DNA from: Carcharhinus amblyrhynchos
Taxonomy: Eukaryota
Assembly: GCA_965287045.1 (NCBI GenBank)
Contig: OZ336871.1
Coordinates: forward strand, 36,890,001-36,954,000
Direction: 5' to 3'
Length of the DNA: 64,000 nt
Shown here piece after piece: positions 26,696 through 38,799 of the stretch. The notes below the pieces were generated by a model that saw nothing but the letters and a program-made list of their open reading frames with translations, did no database searches and was not told where the DNA came from. A program made the position numbers and the translations under genes. The number at the start of each line of letters is the position of its first letter. The stretch's first letter is position 1.

Positions 26696-28204
26696 TTATC
26701 TCCAAAGTTACAGATGATACAAAGCTGGGTGGGAGGGTGAGCTGTGAGGAGGATGCATAGATGCTTCAGCATGATTTGAACTGTTTAAGCAAATGGCCAT
26801 ATGCATATGGGCAGTACAATGTGGTAAATGTGTGATTATCCACTTTGGTAGCATAGGAAAATAGGAAGACAGATTATTACTTGTAAATTGTGAGAGATGG
26901 ATACTCAATGAGACAGACCCTGGTGTTCTCGAGTATCAGTTGCTAAAAGTAAGTGCTTAGGTTCAGCAGGCAGTAAAGAAGACAAATGTTATGTTGGCCT
27001 CCATAGTGAGAGGATTTGAGCATAGGAATAGGGATGTTTTACTGCAATTGTATAGGGCATTGGTGAGGCCACACTTAGAGTATTGTGTGCAATTTTATCC
27101 TTTTTTGAGGAAGGATATCCTTGCTATAGAGAGAGTACAGCAAAGATTTACCAGGTTGATACCTGGGATGGCAGAACTGACTGACAGGATTATATTCATT
27201 GGAGTTCGAAGAGTGAGAGAGGATCTCTCAGAAACTTATAAAATTTGAACAGGATTCAACAGGGTAGATTCATAAAGAACGTTCCTGATAGTGGGGAGTC
27301 CAGAACTAGGGCTCATTGTTTAAGGATAAGGGGTAAACCTTTTAGGAGTGAGGTGAGGAGTAATTTCTTCACCCTCTGTGCATCTGTGGCATTCACTGCC
27401 ATAGAAAGTAGTCGAGGCCAAAATGTTGTGAGATTCCAAGAAGACATTAGATATAGCCCTTAAGGCCAAAAGGATCAAAGGATATGGGGGAAGGCAGAAT
27501 CAGGGTATTGAATTTCATGATCAGCCATGATCATAATGAATGGCTGAGCAGGCTTAAAGGACCGAATAGCCTACTCTACTCTGATTCTAGTTTCTATGTA
27601 TGTTTCTATGTTTCAGAATTTAATCAGTGTTGTAGATTTTAATTTTTGCTGTTTGTCCCTTTTATTTCTTACATAATCCCTACTTTTTTTCTTTTATTTT
27701 TGTGTATGTTTCAGCCACCTTTTCTCCCCTGATTTAACTGCACTCTGTACAATTTCAGAGTCATGGCGAGGATCACGCAACCAGATAAAGAGACGTCCTC
27801 AATATACCAGTAACATTTTTGAAGGGAGCCATGATGTTAAAGTTAAATTTAAAGCCCTTCCCCAACATACATCGTGTTTCCTGCTCACCCCCCCCCACCC
27901 CCGCTACCATGGACATACCCTTCACCCCACCCTTCAACACCCACATGAATGGAAGTACCCACCATCAAGGAAAAGGGGAACCCTTTCCATTGAAGCGGAC
28001 AGCCCCAGTGGAGAAGGGTAATACCCAAGCAGTTCCCCCGGCAATGCCCCCCAGCACAAGCACAAGTAATAACCACACATCTCCTGGGGAGGAGAAGGTG
28101 TAACAATGGCGGATGTTATGGCAATTACATGATCTTTATTAAAATGTATCGATATCAGGTTTACGCCCTTTCTACACTCCATTTTTGGTTTCTTGCAAGA
28201 TTGC

Positions 28205-28740
28205 ACCCCTTGTGTACAGTTCTGGGCACAAACTATACAAAGGAGATGAATGCACTGCAGAGAGTGGAACAAGAATGGTTCCAGCGATGAGAAACTTCAG
28301 TTATGAGGATAGATTGGAGAGGTTGGAACTGTTCTTCTTGAAGGCTAAGAAGAGATTACATTGAGATACTCATAATAATAATAGATACTCATAATAATCA
28401 AGATAATCCTGAGAGGCTGGCCAGAGTTGATAAGGAGAAACTGTTTGTGCTGATAAAAGGATAAATAAAAAGTGGGCACAGATATAAACTGATTTGCAAA
28501 AGAAGCAAATACGATGTGAGAAAAAGCTTTCTCATACAAGTGGTTCAGGTCTGGAATGCACTGCCTGGAAATGTAATGGAGGCAGGTTCAATCAAGGCAT
28601 TCATGAGGGCATTGTTTTTATTCAAGTAATTAATGTGCAGGAGTACAAGGAAAGGGCAAGGGAATGGAGTTTAGAGAGGCGGTGCAGATATAATGGGCCA
28701 AGTGGCCTCCTTCTGTGCCATAACAATTCTGTGATCCAAT
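28205..28740 (+). mobile_element. Degenerate CR1 3' fragment
   Basis: CVQFWA, ALQRVE and WNALP remnants, and a GGGCCAAGTGGCCTCC 3' end. Confidence 0.75.
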
Positions 28741-29794
28741 GTAACTTGAGGACCTAACACATATTGGAAAGTGAATATAATGGATGTTGTAGCTTTTTTA
28801 ACTTGTTGCTAAAAAATTGGCTTTATTTTCACACAACTTGATCATTTTGATGCCTGCTGTCCTATTGGATTCACATCAAGTTAAGTCTTATGCAGAGCAA
28901 GATTACACCTAAGTTCTGCAAAAAATTAGGCAGGAATGAGTGGTGATTTGCTGTCATTGGATGTTTGATCTAGAATGTCATTGTTTACGGGGATCTGTGG
29001 CACATGCAACGTGAGAGAAGTAAAAACATGGCTCTTTGATCAATCACATAAAAGAATCCTTACTGAAGTATTCAGAGTATAAATCAGGAAGTATAAACCA
29101 GGAATTTTAAATTTAATTTAAATTGTATACAGCAGGTGAAATAAAGTTTGGGATAAAAAGTAGGGATTATATAAGAAATAAAAGGGACAAACAGCAAAAA
29201 TTAAAATCTACAAATCTACTGATTACATTCTGAAAGATTGAGACTCCATACATGTAAAATAAAATGTGATGGATCAGAAAGATAGTTTGACAGTAATTCT
29301 GCCTGATTACAATGTTAAAAAATTGCTTGCATCTCAATGTAAGCCCTATTTTTTTCTGCCATGTTTAGTAGACAATAAATGGATAAGCACTTCACGCATC
29401 TTTATAAATTTCAGTGCCATGTCAGTCAAGGAATCAACAAAGTACTTTCATAGCGTAGCATGTGGAGAAGCAGTGTAACTCAAATTTCAACTTCTGGATT
29501 TTTGCATTTAACTGAGCATGTGAGTACTGAAGATGTTACTGTCTAATTTAGTCTAGAATGACAGTAAACATTGATAACCTCACCTGATTCTCAATGCAAA
29601 ATCCAGGCCACTGTAAAAATTTTAACTTAGACACAGCAAATTTACCTTATTATTTTTACTTATAATAAGCTTCTGTTTGCTTCAAACTAGAACCCTCCTC
29701 TTTATCCATGTTACCAGGGTGGAGACAACCCACAGAAAAATGAGCAATTTCGTAGGACTACTGCTATTAAATAGATTAACAACTCATTGATGTT

Positions 29795-29935
29795 TATGAG
29801 ATCTTATGATGTACAAATTGCTGGCGCATTCACCTACAAAGCAATAGCGACTGAAGTTCAAAGTAATTAATTGTATGTAAAGTGCTTTGGGGTGCTCTGA
29901 GAGGTGTGATAAATTGCTGAATAAATGTGAGCACT
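29795..29935 (+). mobile_element. Deu-domain SINE 3' remnant with L2-like tail
   Basis: Resembles the DeuSINE 3' part (TTCAAAGTAATTAATTG..TGTAAAGTGCTTTGGG..AATAAATG). Confidence 0.5.
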
Positions 29936-30859
29936 TCGTTTTTGCCTCTTGTTCTCAGACAGTTCTTTATTAGATGGAAATTCTAATAATAGACTTGCCT
30001 TTCAAACTGTTAATTTACCAGTTCTTTCCTATGCAAAATGATGTTAAATGTTTTACATGTGAATTGTGAGATATAATTTATGAGTCTCTGTTTGTGGCTT
30101 GGAACCTCATTTAACTTAACCACATGAACATCATGAGCGTGAGCCTCTGTAAGATTCTCCAGTCTATAGTCCCATTGAGGGAGGTTCTACATGGGGATTA
30201 GAGTTTGCAAAATTACCTTACACTATGTGCTTTCAACTAAATTGCTGTCATCTCTAAAATCTGATATGGGGCTTATTATAGGTCACATAGTTGAACTATA
30301 GTGAAGGAGACATTTTTGTGAAGTGGGACATTCCAAATAACAACACGAGTAGAAAAATTCAAGTTTAGAAAGAAACCACTTTCCTCAGGAAAGTTCATCA
30401 CTTTAGAATCCTAACTTTCACATTATTGAGGACCATACAACCCTCATAATCCAAGCCTGTTTAGACCTATGGACGAAATCATACCAAAAAATGATAGTGT
30501 CAGGATCTGACTGAAAACTGAGGTGTTTCTCTCCAAGGGGTCGTGGGTAGAGAGGTGGACTGGTGGTGTTGAGATGGCGGCGCAGGCTCGTTGGGCCAAA
30601 GGGCCTGTTTCCCGGGCTGATTTTGTTCTTTGTTTGAAACAAGGAAGTTTTCTTGCCAGATCATATGACACTCTGTTAGGAAAAAACAGGGGGCACATGC
30701 TTCAAACCATCATTCTGAGGGCAGGAGCCAAAACACAGCGATATAGCCCAGTTGCACTGAAATTGAGGTGCCCTTTATGAAGGGCACTCCAATAAGACTA
30801 AGAAATAACCTATCCCCCACCTCACCATGGAGGTCTTAGGGGCTCCAGCCTGAGATCAA

Positions 30860-31275
30860 AGGCAGCATCCCTCCATCAGCATCCTCCCTATGATCAATGG
30901 CGGCATTCCCTCTCCAACCCATTCAATGCCAACATCCACCCTCCCACTTCCAATACTGGCATCCACTCCATACCTACTCCCTCATACTCCAATCCAAGCC
31001 AGCATCTCTCCCTCCCCCCTCTCCTTCCCTCATGAACAATGCCAGCAACTCCACCCACCAAAAGTAATTGCTGGCATTCCTTCCCCCATCCCACCAATAG
31101 TCATTACCAACATTTCTCCCTCTTTCTCCTCATCAACAATGATTGCCTCCTCTCTCTCCCCTGTACTACTTCCGTCCTCCCTCCACCAACAATAATCGGC
31201 GGCATCACTCTCTCTGTCTCTCTCTCTCCCCATCCTCCCAAACAGTCATTGCTGGCATCTCCCTCTCTCCTCCAC
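30860..31275. repeat. Degenerate C-rich tandem repeat
   Basis: Recurrent TGGCATYCCYTCTC..CCACCAA units. Confidence 0.55.
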
Positions 31276-31439
31276 ACTACACACATGTGCCAACACCACT
31301 GCCCCATGAGACTCACGCTAGAGTCTGTCTGGCATTGCCCCCAGCTCAGATTGTCACTGCCAGGTTGGCATGTGCCAACCTGGTTGTACTAACCTATGCT
31401 AGGGAACAGTGCTGTATTCAAGATCACCCCCTACATGTT

Positions 31440-32345
31440 TTGGATTAGCTGCAGTTTAATATTGGAGAGACAAATGCATTGTCTTCAACACCTGCCGCAA
31501 ACTCTGTAATATTGCATGTGATTCTATCCCCTCCCTGACCACTATCTCAAATTGGATCAGATTCTGCAATTTTGGCATCCTATCCAATACCAAGCGGAGC
31601 TTCCAACTCCATATCCACTCTATTTCAAAGACTGCCAAGGCCTTCCCCTGTAATAATGCCCATTCCCCTCCACTTCAGCCCATTCAGTGCTGAAACTTTC
31701 ATTCATGCCTTTGTTTTATCATGACTTGGCTATGCTGTCCCAGCTGGTCTCCCATCCTCCATGCTTTATAACACTCAGTTCATCCAAGATTTTCCTGCCT
31801 GTATCTTATACCCTGCCAAGCCCCATTTACCTATTGCAGATCTAAATGGTTCCCAGTTCCCTAATAAATCTATTTAACACTGAGGGATTCTCTGACCTCC
31901 TTACAGTATTTTTCTCAGTGCCAGGAGGTGGTGCACTGTTGGATAGCAGTGGGATCCTCTGGTCCCACAGCTGTCATTGGGATTTCCCATTGATTCCACT
32001 CCAGCCGCTGGGAAACATGCAATGCAGATGTGTGTCAAGAGGACCAAAAAATCCTGCTAGTATGAACAGCTGGAAGGTCACACCCAAAGTTTTCACTCTT
32101 TTTCTCAAGTTTCTTCATCACCTTGCCCCTCCCTATTTCTGTAAACTCTTGCTATCCTACAACTCCTCCAAGCTTTCCAACTCTATATCCTTCTCACTCT
32201 AGCCCTCTGGTGCATTGCCCCTTTTTGTTGTTCCTTCAGCTCCCTTTATCCCACACTGTGGAATTCTTCCCCTAAGTCGTCTGCCTCTCCATCTCCCATA
32301 ACCCCTATTTAAAACTCACCTTTTTGACCAAGCTTTGAGTCATCT
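31440..32345 (+). mobile_element. L2 LINE 3' remnant interrupted by a short TIR element (about 31882-32084)
   Basis: QFNIGETNA (QLN.GKTEA-like), AETFIHAFVLS.LGY (AETLIHAFVTSRLDY-like) and LFKTHLF motifs. Confidence 0.7.
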
Positions 32346-33234
32346 CTCCAAATGTCCACTTTTTTGGCCTGGGAGAATTTTCCCTCTTCCCTCTGGACTA
32401 CCTCAATAAGATCTTCCTATAATTTTTAATGGTGGATTCCCGAGTGGAATGGCCAGCCAATGTAACCTAACTTTCCCTGATCCTGCAACTTTCAGTAGAG
32501 TCAACTGTGGTTATCTCAGATTGGAGCACCTTAGCATTTATGCCGAGACAAGCAGAAACTTGGGGCTACTGAGGTCTGTTAAAACAAATGAGAACATGGA
32601 TTTAAACTGTAAATATGGGCTCCATATCTCTGTTTTATGGACCTGTTGACATCATGTATTAATGTATTGACCTGCATTCTAAATATTTTCAATATTTCTA
32701 CCTCTACCACATTGCAGAATGTTCCAAACGTTTATCATAATTTCAGTAACAGCTATTTTTGATAACTGATTTAAATTTATGATTCACTCCCTTTTATTTC
32801 TGTCCTATTTTTCTGATTTAATTATTGTAAATTGCCTTAATTAATCAATTTAATCTTCATGGCATTTAGGTGTTTTTATTTGCCTTAATTTATCAAACAA
32901 TGGATACATTAATAAGTACAAGTGAAACGAGTCAGCTTTGAGCTGCATTACCATTGCTCACATATAAGGGTAAAGCTAAGAATCATGCAATCTTGCTACA
33001 GAGCCTCAACAGCATTGTAGTGCTGATTCTCCAATTTGTGTTTATATTAAAGCTCTTTGCTGGCAGTATAGATTGGCTGAATGAACATTGTAGATTATAT
33101 AAATAGTTAGCTATTCATTGGTTAAATTATTCCATTCATCCAATCGAGAACTATCCATTGCTGAATAATAACAATTAAAACCTTTGTTTTCTAGGCAAGT
33201 TTAAAGTTTCAGCACAATGAACAATGTATGACTT

Positions 33235-33250
33235 ATTTCTCTCCCTACAG
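33235..33250 (+). promoter_or_regulatory. Probable splice acceptor of the RNF182 coding exon
   Basis: Polypyrimidine tract TTTCTCTCCCTACAG|G with TGAC upstream as a possible branch point, 192 nt before the ATG. Confidence 0.6.
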
Positions 33251-33442
33251 GTAGTCTGACAGTTTACTTGCATGGATCCACAATTGTCAAATGCAAGCTG
33301 CCTACTCTCTGGGACATAGTGGGGGCTGACAATGGTTTGCCCATCTTCACCACTGCTTCCTATCTGGATTTACTGACATTAAAATGGAAACCACAAACAA
33401 CCTTCTGAAATAAACCATTGCCATTGTAGTTGAACAATCGCT

Positions 33443-34183
33443 ATGAACTTCCAGACCACTGGTGATTCCACTGAAAAACAATTGTTTTCTTCTGAGGAGC
33501 TGGAATGCAAAATCTGTTATAACCATTACAATCTGAAGAACAGGAGACCCAAGTTGTTGGAATGCTTTCACAGGGTGTGTGCCAAATGCCTGTATAAGAT
33601 TGTAGACCCTGGAGACTCCTCACAAAGTATAATTAGTTGTCCTTTCTGCAGGTATGAGACGAGTGTACTGGATGATGAAGTTGGTGGACTTCCAGATGAT
33701 AGTAATGTCCTTGCTGCCCTGGCATGCAAGGAGAAGAATAGAAAGCCTGCCTTGGACAACGCATCTGAGCTCCTACTGAGTCCAAAAACATTAGCTTCCA
33801 TTGCAAGTCCCTTCCATAGCTCCTCAAACTGTCTGGTTATCACTATCATGGAAGTTCAAAGAGAATCCCCACTATCTCAGAGATCACCATCAGCCATGGA
33901 AGTCCACAGCTCCAGTTTTGATTCAACAGCCTCAATGTCTCAGCAGTGGGAAATTTGGAATTGCCCTCCCCTACTCTGTCATATCATAGGAAGAATCTTA
34001 GTCTGGGTACTAGGACTTCTATATTTTGCTTCTTTACCTCTTGGTGTATATCTGCTAGTGATTCAGAAGGTCACAATGGGGATTATATTTGTCAGTCTTG
34101 TTCCCTCCAGTCTAGGTATACTTATGGTCTATGGTTTTTGTCAATGCTTGTGTCATGAGTTTTTGGATTGCATATCCTCATGA
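33443..34183 (+). CDS. RNF182: E3 ubiquitin-protein ligase RNF182(-like), single coding exon, 246 aa
   Basis: C3HC4 RING ([19 protein letters not shown]), the conserved [16 protein letters not shown] segment, two C-terminal hydrophobic TM segments and [13 protein letters not shown]. Colinear with vertebrate RNF182 over its full length. Confidence 0.93.
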   Translation: MNFQTTGDSTEKQLFSSEELECKICYNHYNLKNRRPKLLECFHRVCAKCLYKIVDPGDSSQSIISCPFCRYETSVLDDEVGGLPDDSNVLAALACKEKNRKPALDNASELLLSPKTLASIASPFHSSSNCLVITIMEVQRESPLSQRSPSAMEVHSSSFDSTASMSQQWEIWNCPPLLCHIIGRILVWVLGLLYFASLPLGVYLLVIQKVTMGIIFVSLVPSSLGILMVYGFCQCLCHEFLDCISS

Positions 34184-34513
34184 AGCAAAATCTAAAAGTA
34201 AGTATGAAGTTACAGTAGCGCATCCTGGTCATAGGAATTCAGGCTTTGCATATTAACTCTGGCTTGTGGATTATGTCATTTTGCCATTTGGTGTGCCCAG
34301 TGAAGCTATACTTGCAGTAGAAAATTTTTACAAACTGTGATAGTTTATTCTTCAATGTGCAACATATTCTTAAGGCACATTATTTTGTTCAAAGTGAATA
34401 GTCACAATCTGAAAAGCACAAGGGAAAGCAAATTGAACAAACTATTTGAAAAGTGTAGGAGAAAATATGTCAGGATTCACAATAGACCTTTAAATCTAAT
34501 CATTATGGGTCTT

Positions 34514-34519
34514 AATAAA
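34514..34519 (+). promoter_or_regulatory. Candidate polyadenylation signal for RNF182
   Basis: AATAAA about 330 nt after the stop codon, just before repeat-derived sequence begins. Confidence 0.45.
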
Positions 34520-34645
34520 GGTACGTGAATCCATTTCTATATATTGGATGATAGAGATGTTAGATGATGGAGATTACAGAGAGACATAGTGCAATATATT
34601 AGAGAGAGGGAGAGACATTACGGGAGATTAGTAAGAGAGACACAC

Positions 34646-35745
34646 GGGCTACAATTCTCCCATCCCATCTTGCCACTTTTCTGGCAGGTCCAATCAGGAG
34701 ATGTGTGTCTGTGGCCTTAAATGGGATTTGCACACGAGCGGGGAATGCATGTGCATCGCCGCCAGACCACGCTGGAAACCGGTGGGAATGAAGTTAAGTA
34801 ATCTAAATCTTTTAAAATCTATTTTAAATATGCAGATTAGTTAATTATCAGGACTTTTCAGGTGCCAATCAAATCTCCCACCTCGCCAGGAGTACTTCAT
34901 TCTATAGGATTCAGACTAGCTCCCCATGTTTGGAGAACTAGTGGAAGACCCTGCCGGAATGAAAGGGGGGCAATCGGGGTCCCCCAGAAGGTTGGGCGGT
35001 GCGGCGGTAGTGCCCCCTGGGCGTGCACATTCTGGCACTGCCAGCCTGTGCTGCCTGGCACTGTCCAAGAGGCAAAGTGCCTATGTTGGGGCACCTTGGC
35101 ACTGCCCATCAGGCAATGCCAAGGTAGCGAGACTTATTGTGGGTGGGGTCTGGGTGCGATCGGTGGGGTGAGGTGGGGGGGGGGTCCAGCTGCCATTTTG
35201 CATTGGGATCAGTCTAGGATGGAGGGAAGGCAGTAATTGGGGCGGGCTGGGGCGGATGGTCTGCCGGGAGAGGTGTGGTGCTGCCTCCAGGAGGGAGGCC
35301 TGCCTTCGGTGGGGGGGGGGTCTGACCTCAGAGTGAGTGGGGTAGAGAGGTTCACCACAGCTGGGGAGTGGGGCCTGGGCATCGGGGCACTTCGGGACGG
35401 GGAGGTCAGAGCTGGCCCAGGAATTGTTGTGGGGGGCTGTGGGGGGGGTCTCAAGGGACAGCACTGCAGGGGTCCCGGGCTGGCCAGTGATCAAACTGAC
35501 CAGCAAATGGGAGTTTGACAGTTTGGGGTCACTGTGCACGCGCAAAGCTCCGGAACTGTCAAACTCTGGTGTGAATAGGGTCACCCCAAACCCCCCCCCC
35601 CCCACCTTGGTTTTTAATAAGATTTGTGACTGGGCCCTCTGCATTGCACCAAGTGTGGAGATTCAAGTGAAAAGCTGACCTGTCAGAACTGCCATGATCT
35701 AGAACAGTTTTGCCACCAATTCAGCACTTTTGGGAGAATCACCCC
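34646..35745. mobile_element. Harbinger-type non-autonomous TIR element (GC-rich)
   Basis: Imperfect TIRs GGGCTACAATTCTCC and GGAGAATCACCCC, with a CAC-like 3-bp flank on both sides. Confidence 0.65.
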
Positions 35746-35791
35746 CACAATGTGGGAGATTGCAGAGACAGATAAGAACATATATGTACAT

Positions 35792-36103
35792 CAGCACGGT
35801 GGCACAGTGGTTAGCACTGCTGTCTCACAACACTTGGGACTCAGGTTCAATTCCAGCTTTGGCTCTGTCTGTGTGGCATTTGCACGTTCTCCCCTAATTT
35901 GCGTAAGTTTCCTCCAGTGCTCTGGTTTCCTCCCACAGTCCAAAGATGTGCAGGTTAGGTTGATTGGCCATGCTGAATTAACCCTTGTGTCAAGGGATTA
36001 GCAGGGCAAACATGCAGGGTTCCGGGAATAGGGCCTGGGTGTGAGTGTGGTCAGTGCAGACTCGATGGGCTGAATGGCCTCCTTCTGCATTGTTGAGATT
36101 GTA
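35792..36103 (+). mobile_element. HE1-type V-SINE
   Basis: CACGGTGGCACAGTGGTTAGCACTGC head, V-domain and CR1-like tail. Confidence 0.9.
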
Positions 36104-36726
36104 TAAGAACTAGGAGCAGGAGTAGGCCATCTGGCCCCTCGAGCCTGCACCGCCACTCAATAAGATCATGGCTGATCTTTTCGTGGACTCAGCTCCACTT
36201 ACTTGCCCACTCACCATAACCCTTAATTCCTTTACTATTCAAAAATTTATCTATCCTTGCCTTAAAAACATTCAATGAGGTAGTGTCAACTGCTTCTCTG
36301 GGCAGGGAATTCCATAGATTCACAACCGTTTGTGTGAAGAGGTTCCTCCTCAATTCAGTCCTAAATCTGCTTCCCCTTATTTTGAGGCCATGCCCCCTAG
36401 TTTTAGTTTCACCTGCCAGCAGAATCAACTTCCCTGCTTCTAATCTATTCCCTTCATAGTCTTATATGTTTCTATAAGATCTCCCCTCATTCTTCTGAAT
36501 TCCAATGAGTATAGCCCCAGTCTACTCAGTCTCTCCTCATAAGCCAACCCTCTCAACTCCAGAATCAACCTAGTGAATCTCCTCTACACCCCCTCCAGTG
36601 CCAGTATATCCCTTCTCAAGTAAGGAAACCAAAACTGTACATAGTAGTCCAGGTGTGGCCTCACCAGCACCTTATACAGCTGCAACATAACCTCGCTGTT
36701 TTTAAACTCTATCCCTCTAGCAATGA
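36104..36726 (-). mobile_element. 5'-truncated CR1 LINE
   Basis: IARGIEFKNSEVMLQLYKVLVRPHLDY and RFRTELRRNLFTQ motifs. Confidence 0.9.
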
Positions 36727-36754
36727 AGATGGTACAGAAGATTTCAGAGACACC

Positions 36755-37620
36755 CAGTCTGGGAGGTTGGGGAGGGACAGAGAGCAAGAGATGGTACAGG
36801 CACTCAGACTGGGAGATTGGGGAAGGATATAGTGCAGCAGACTGAGGTGGGAGGCAATGTAGGAGACTGGGGAGGGACACCATATGGGAGACTGGGGTGG
36901 GAGGTAGTGTGGGAGACTGGGGAGGGACACAATGCAGGAGACTGGAGAGAGTCAGGGCGGGAGACTGGAGAGAGTCAGGGCGAGAGATTGGAGAAGGAGA
37001 GACAGTGTGGAAGAGTGGAGTAAGACAGAGACAGTCCAGGAGATTGGAGAAAGAATTATAGAATCCCATTTGGAAAGGAGGCCATTTGGCCCATTGAGTC
37101 TGCACCAACCACAATCCCATCCAGGCCCTGTCCCCTTAACCCCACCTATTTACCCTACAACCCCCTCCCCCACCCCCGACACAAAAGGGCAATTTGGCAT
37201 GACCAATCCAACCTAACTCGCACATTTTTGTGTGGAGAAAATGAGAGCACCCGGAGGAAACCCACGCAGACACAGGGAGAACATGTAAACAGTGACCCAA
37301 GGTTGGAATCAACCATGGCTTCCTGGCATCATGAGACAGCATTGCTAACCACTGTGCCACCATGACACAGAGAGAGCGATCTCCATGGCTGGAGATTGAA
37401 GAGAGAGAGAGACAGAGCAAGAGATTGTAGAGAGAGGCAGAGCAGGAGATTTGAGAGTGAGGGAAAGAGACTGGGCAGGAGATTGGAGAGGGGCATATTG
37501 TGGGAGATTGGAGAGGAGCACATTGTGGGAAATTGGAGAGGGGCACATTGTGGGAGATTGGAGAGGGGCACATTGTGGGAGATTGCAGAGGGGCACATTG
37601 TGGGAGATTGGAGAGAGGCA
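36755..37620. repeat. G-rich minisatellite (about 25-bp unit GGGAGATTGGAGAGGGGCACATTGT) interrupted by a SINE
   Basis: About 5.5 near-perfect units at 37477-37620 and degenerate units at 36755-37050. Confidence 0.85.
37058..37362 (-). mobile_element. HE1-type V-SINE
   Basis: Reverse-strand V-domain and GCTAACCACTGTGCCACC head. Confidence 0.88.
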
Positions 37621-37860
37621 TAGGCTGGAATTCTCCTATCCTGCCCACCATTGGATTTCTAGTGGGTGGGGAGAACGGACCATGTAAAGGTCCATTGAAG
37701 TTGGGCAGGAATCTCCAGTTTTCAGGTGAGCATGGCCAGAGAATCCCACCCATATTGTTCAAGATTGGAGAGATACACATCATTCAGAGATGCATTTTGT
37801 TGGTTTGGAGGATAAATATTTAGAACCATGGAACAGGTTAGATAGCAGTGTGGAGTTACT

Positions 37861-38659
37861 GGGGTGATTTTGATCCCTCAGTCTCTGTCCATAGGAATGG
37901 CAGCATGTGCTCAAAATCTGACAGGTGCGACTTGTGCCAACGAATTTCCAAGTTCTGATCATATTGTCCCCTCGCCAGTGAAGCATTGCAAAACAAACGG
38001 CAGCACTGTTCAGTTTATTTTAAACATTAGCGTGTCATTGGTGAGCACTCTCTCAGGACTCTTCCCCCCCACCACCTCACCAGATATTCAATGGGTGCCA
38101 GCGTGCCATCATACCAGCACCATTTGCAACAGATTCACCCAGATGTGAACCTATTGTAGGGGTCTCCCCAGGGCCTTAAAGATAAGTATAGCCCACAGGG
38201 GAGAGAGTCATGGCCAGATGGTGACCTGGTGGTAATGGAGGTGGATGCCAGCTCAGCCTGTGACAGTGGCGGGTTGTGGGGCGGAGAAGGTGGAAGGTAC
38301 CGATGATTGAGACGACAGGGGTGTTGGGATGTAGGAGAAGATGCTGCTGATTGGGGGCAGGGAGTAGAGGCTGCTGATCGGGTGGGTAGAGAAGTGCTGA
38401 TTCCATCCGGGGTTGGGAGACCCCTGAGACCTCCATGATGGGCTGGGAAGGTATACTCCTTTAAAGATCTCTGAGCACAGGTTTTGCTGGTGTGTTGAGG
38501 CTGTGCCCTACTGTATGATGTGTGAAACATGCCCCTTTGATTTTTTTGGCAGAGCAGCATCAGATCTGGAGAGAAACCCGATTGGTTTCTCTGGAGAGAA
38601 ACACTCTGGTTTTCTCACCGGAAGCAAAACTCTGCCATCTTTTGACAAGATTTCACCCC
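37861..38659. mobile_element. Harbinger-type non-autonomous TIR element
   Basis: TIRs GGGGTGATTTTG and AGATTTCACCCC. A shorter MITE lies at about 37623-37751 (GGCTGGAATTCTCC / GAGAATCCCACCC). Confidence 0.6.
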
Positions 38660-38662
38660 ATA

Positions 38663-38687
38663 TTTCAGGTTTGTGACCTTTCATCAG
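38663..38687 (-). ncRNA. Hammerhead ribozyme core remnant (PLE-associated), truncated by a TIR element
   Basis: Minus strand reads CUGAUGA-A-AGGU-CACAA-ACCU-GAAA, both conserved boxes around a 4-bp stem II. Stem III is interrupted at 38659. Confidence 0.55.
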
Positions 38688-38799
38688 AAAAATTAAATTA
38701 TAATAGGTTTTCATCAAGCGAAAGTGGGGAAAGTGAGATGGTGAAAGTGGGTAGTTAAATGAGAAATCATTGTGAAAAGCCAAATATATTGGGAATGGA

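Larger units (their letters stand above)
23600..27613 (+). mobile_element. CR1 LINE split by a Harbinger-derived block (about 24319-26695)
   Basis: The RT N-terminal half (NYRPVNLT, SQHGFTKGKSCLTNL) ends near 24310. The RT resumes at about 26697 (DDTKLGG) and runs to a (TTTCTATG)n tail. Confidence 0.8.

Noticed and set aside
37477-37620. CRISPR-like array
   Set aside because: Head-to-tail tandem units with no unique spacers, in a vertebrate context.
37136-37823. Long repetitive ORFs (PQCAPLQSPTMC and GAHCGRLER repeats)
   Set aside because: Translation of the 25-bp minisatellite plus a SINE. The unit length is not a multiple of three.
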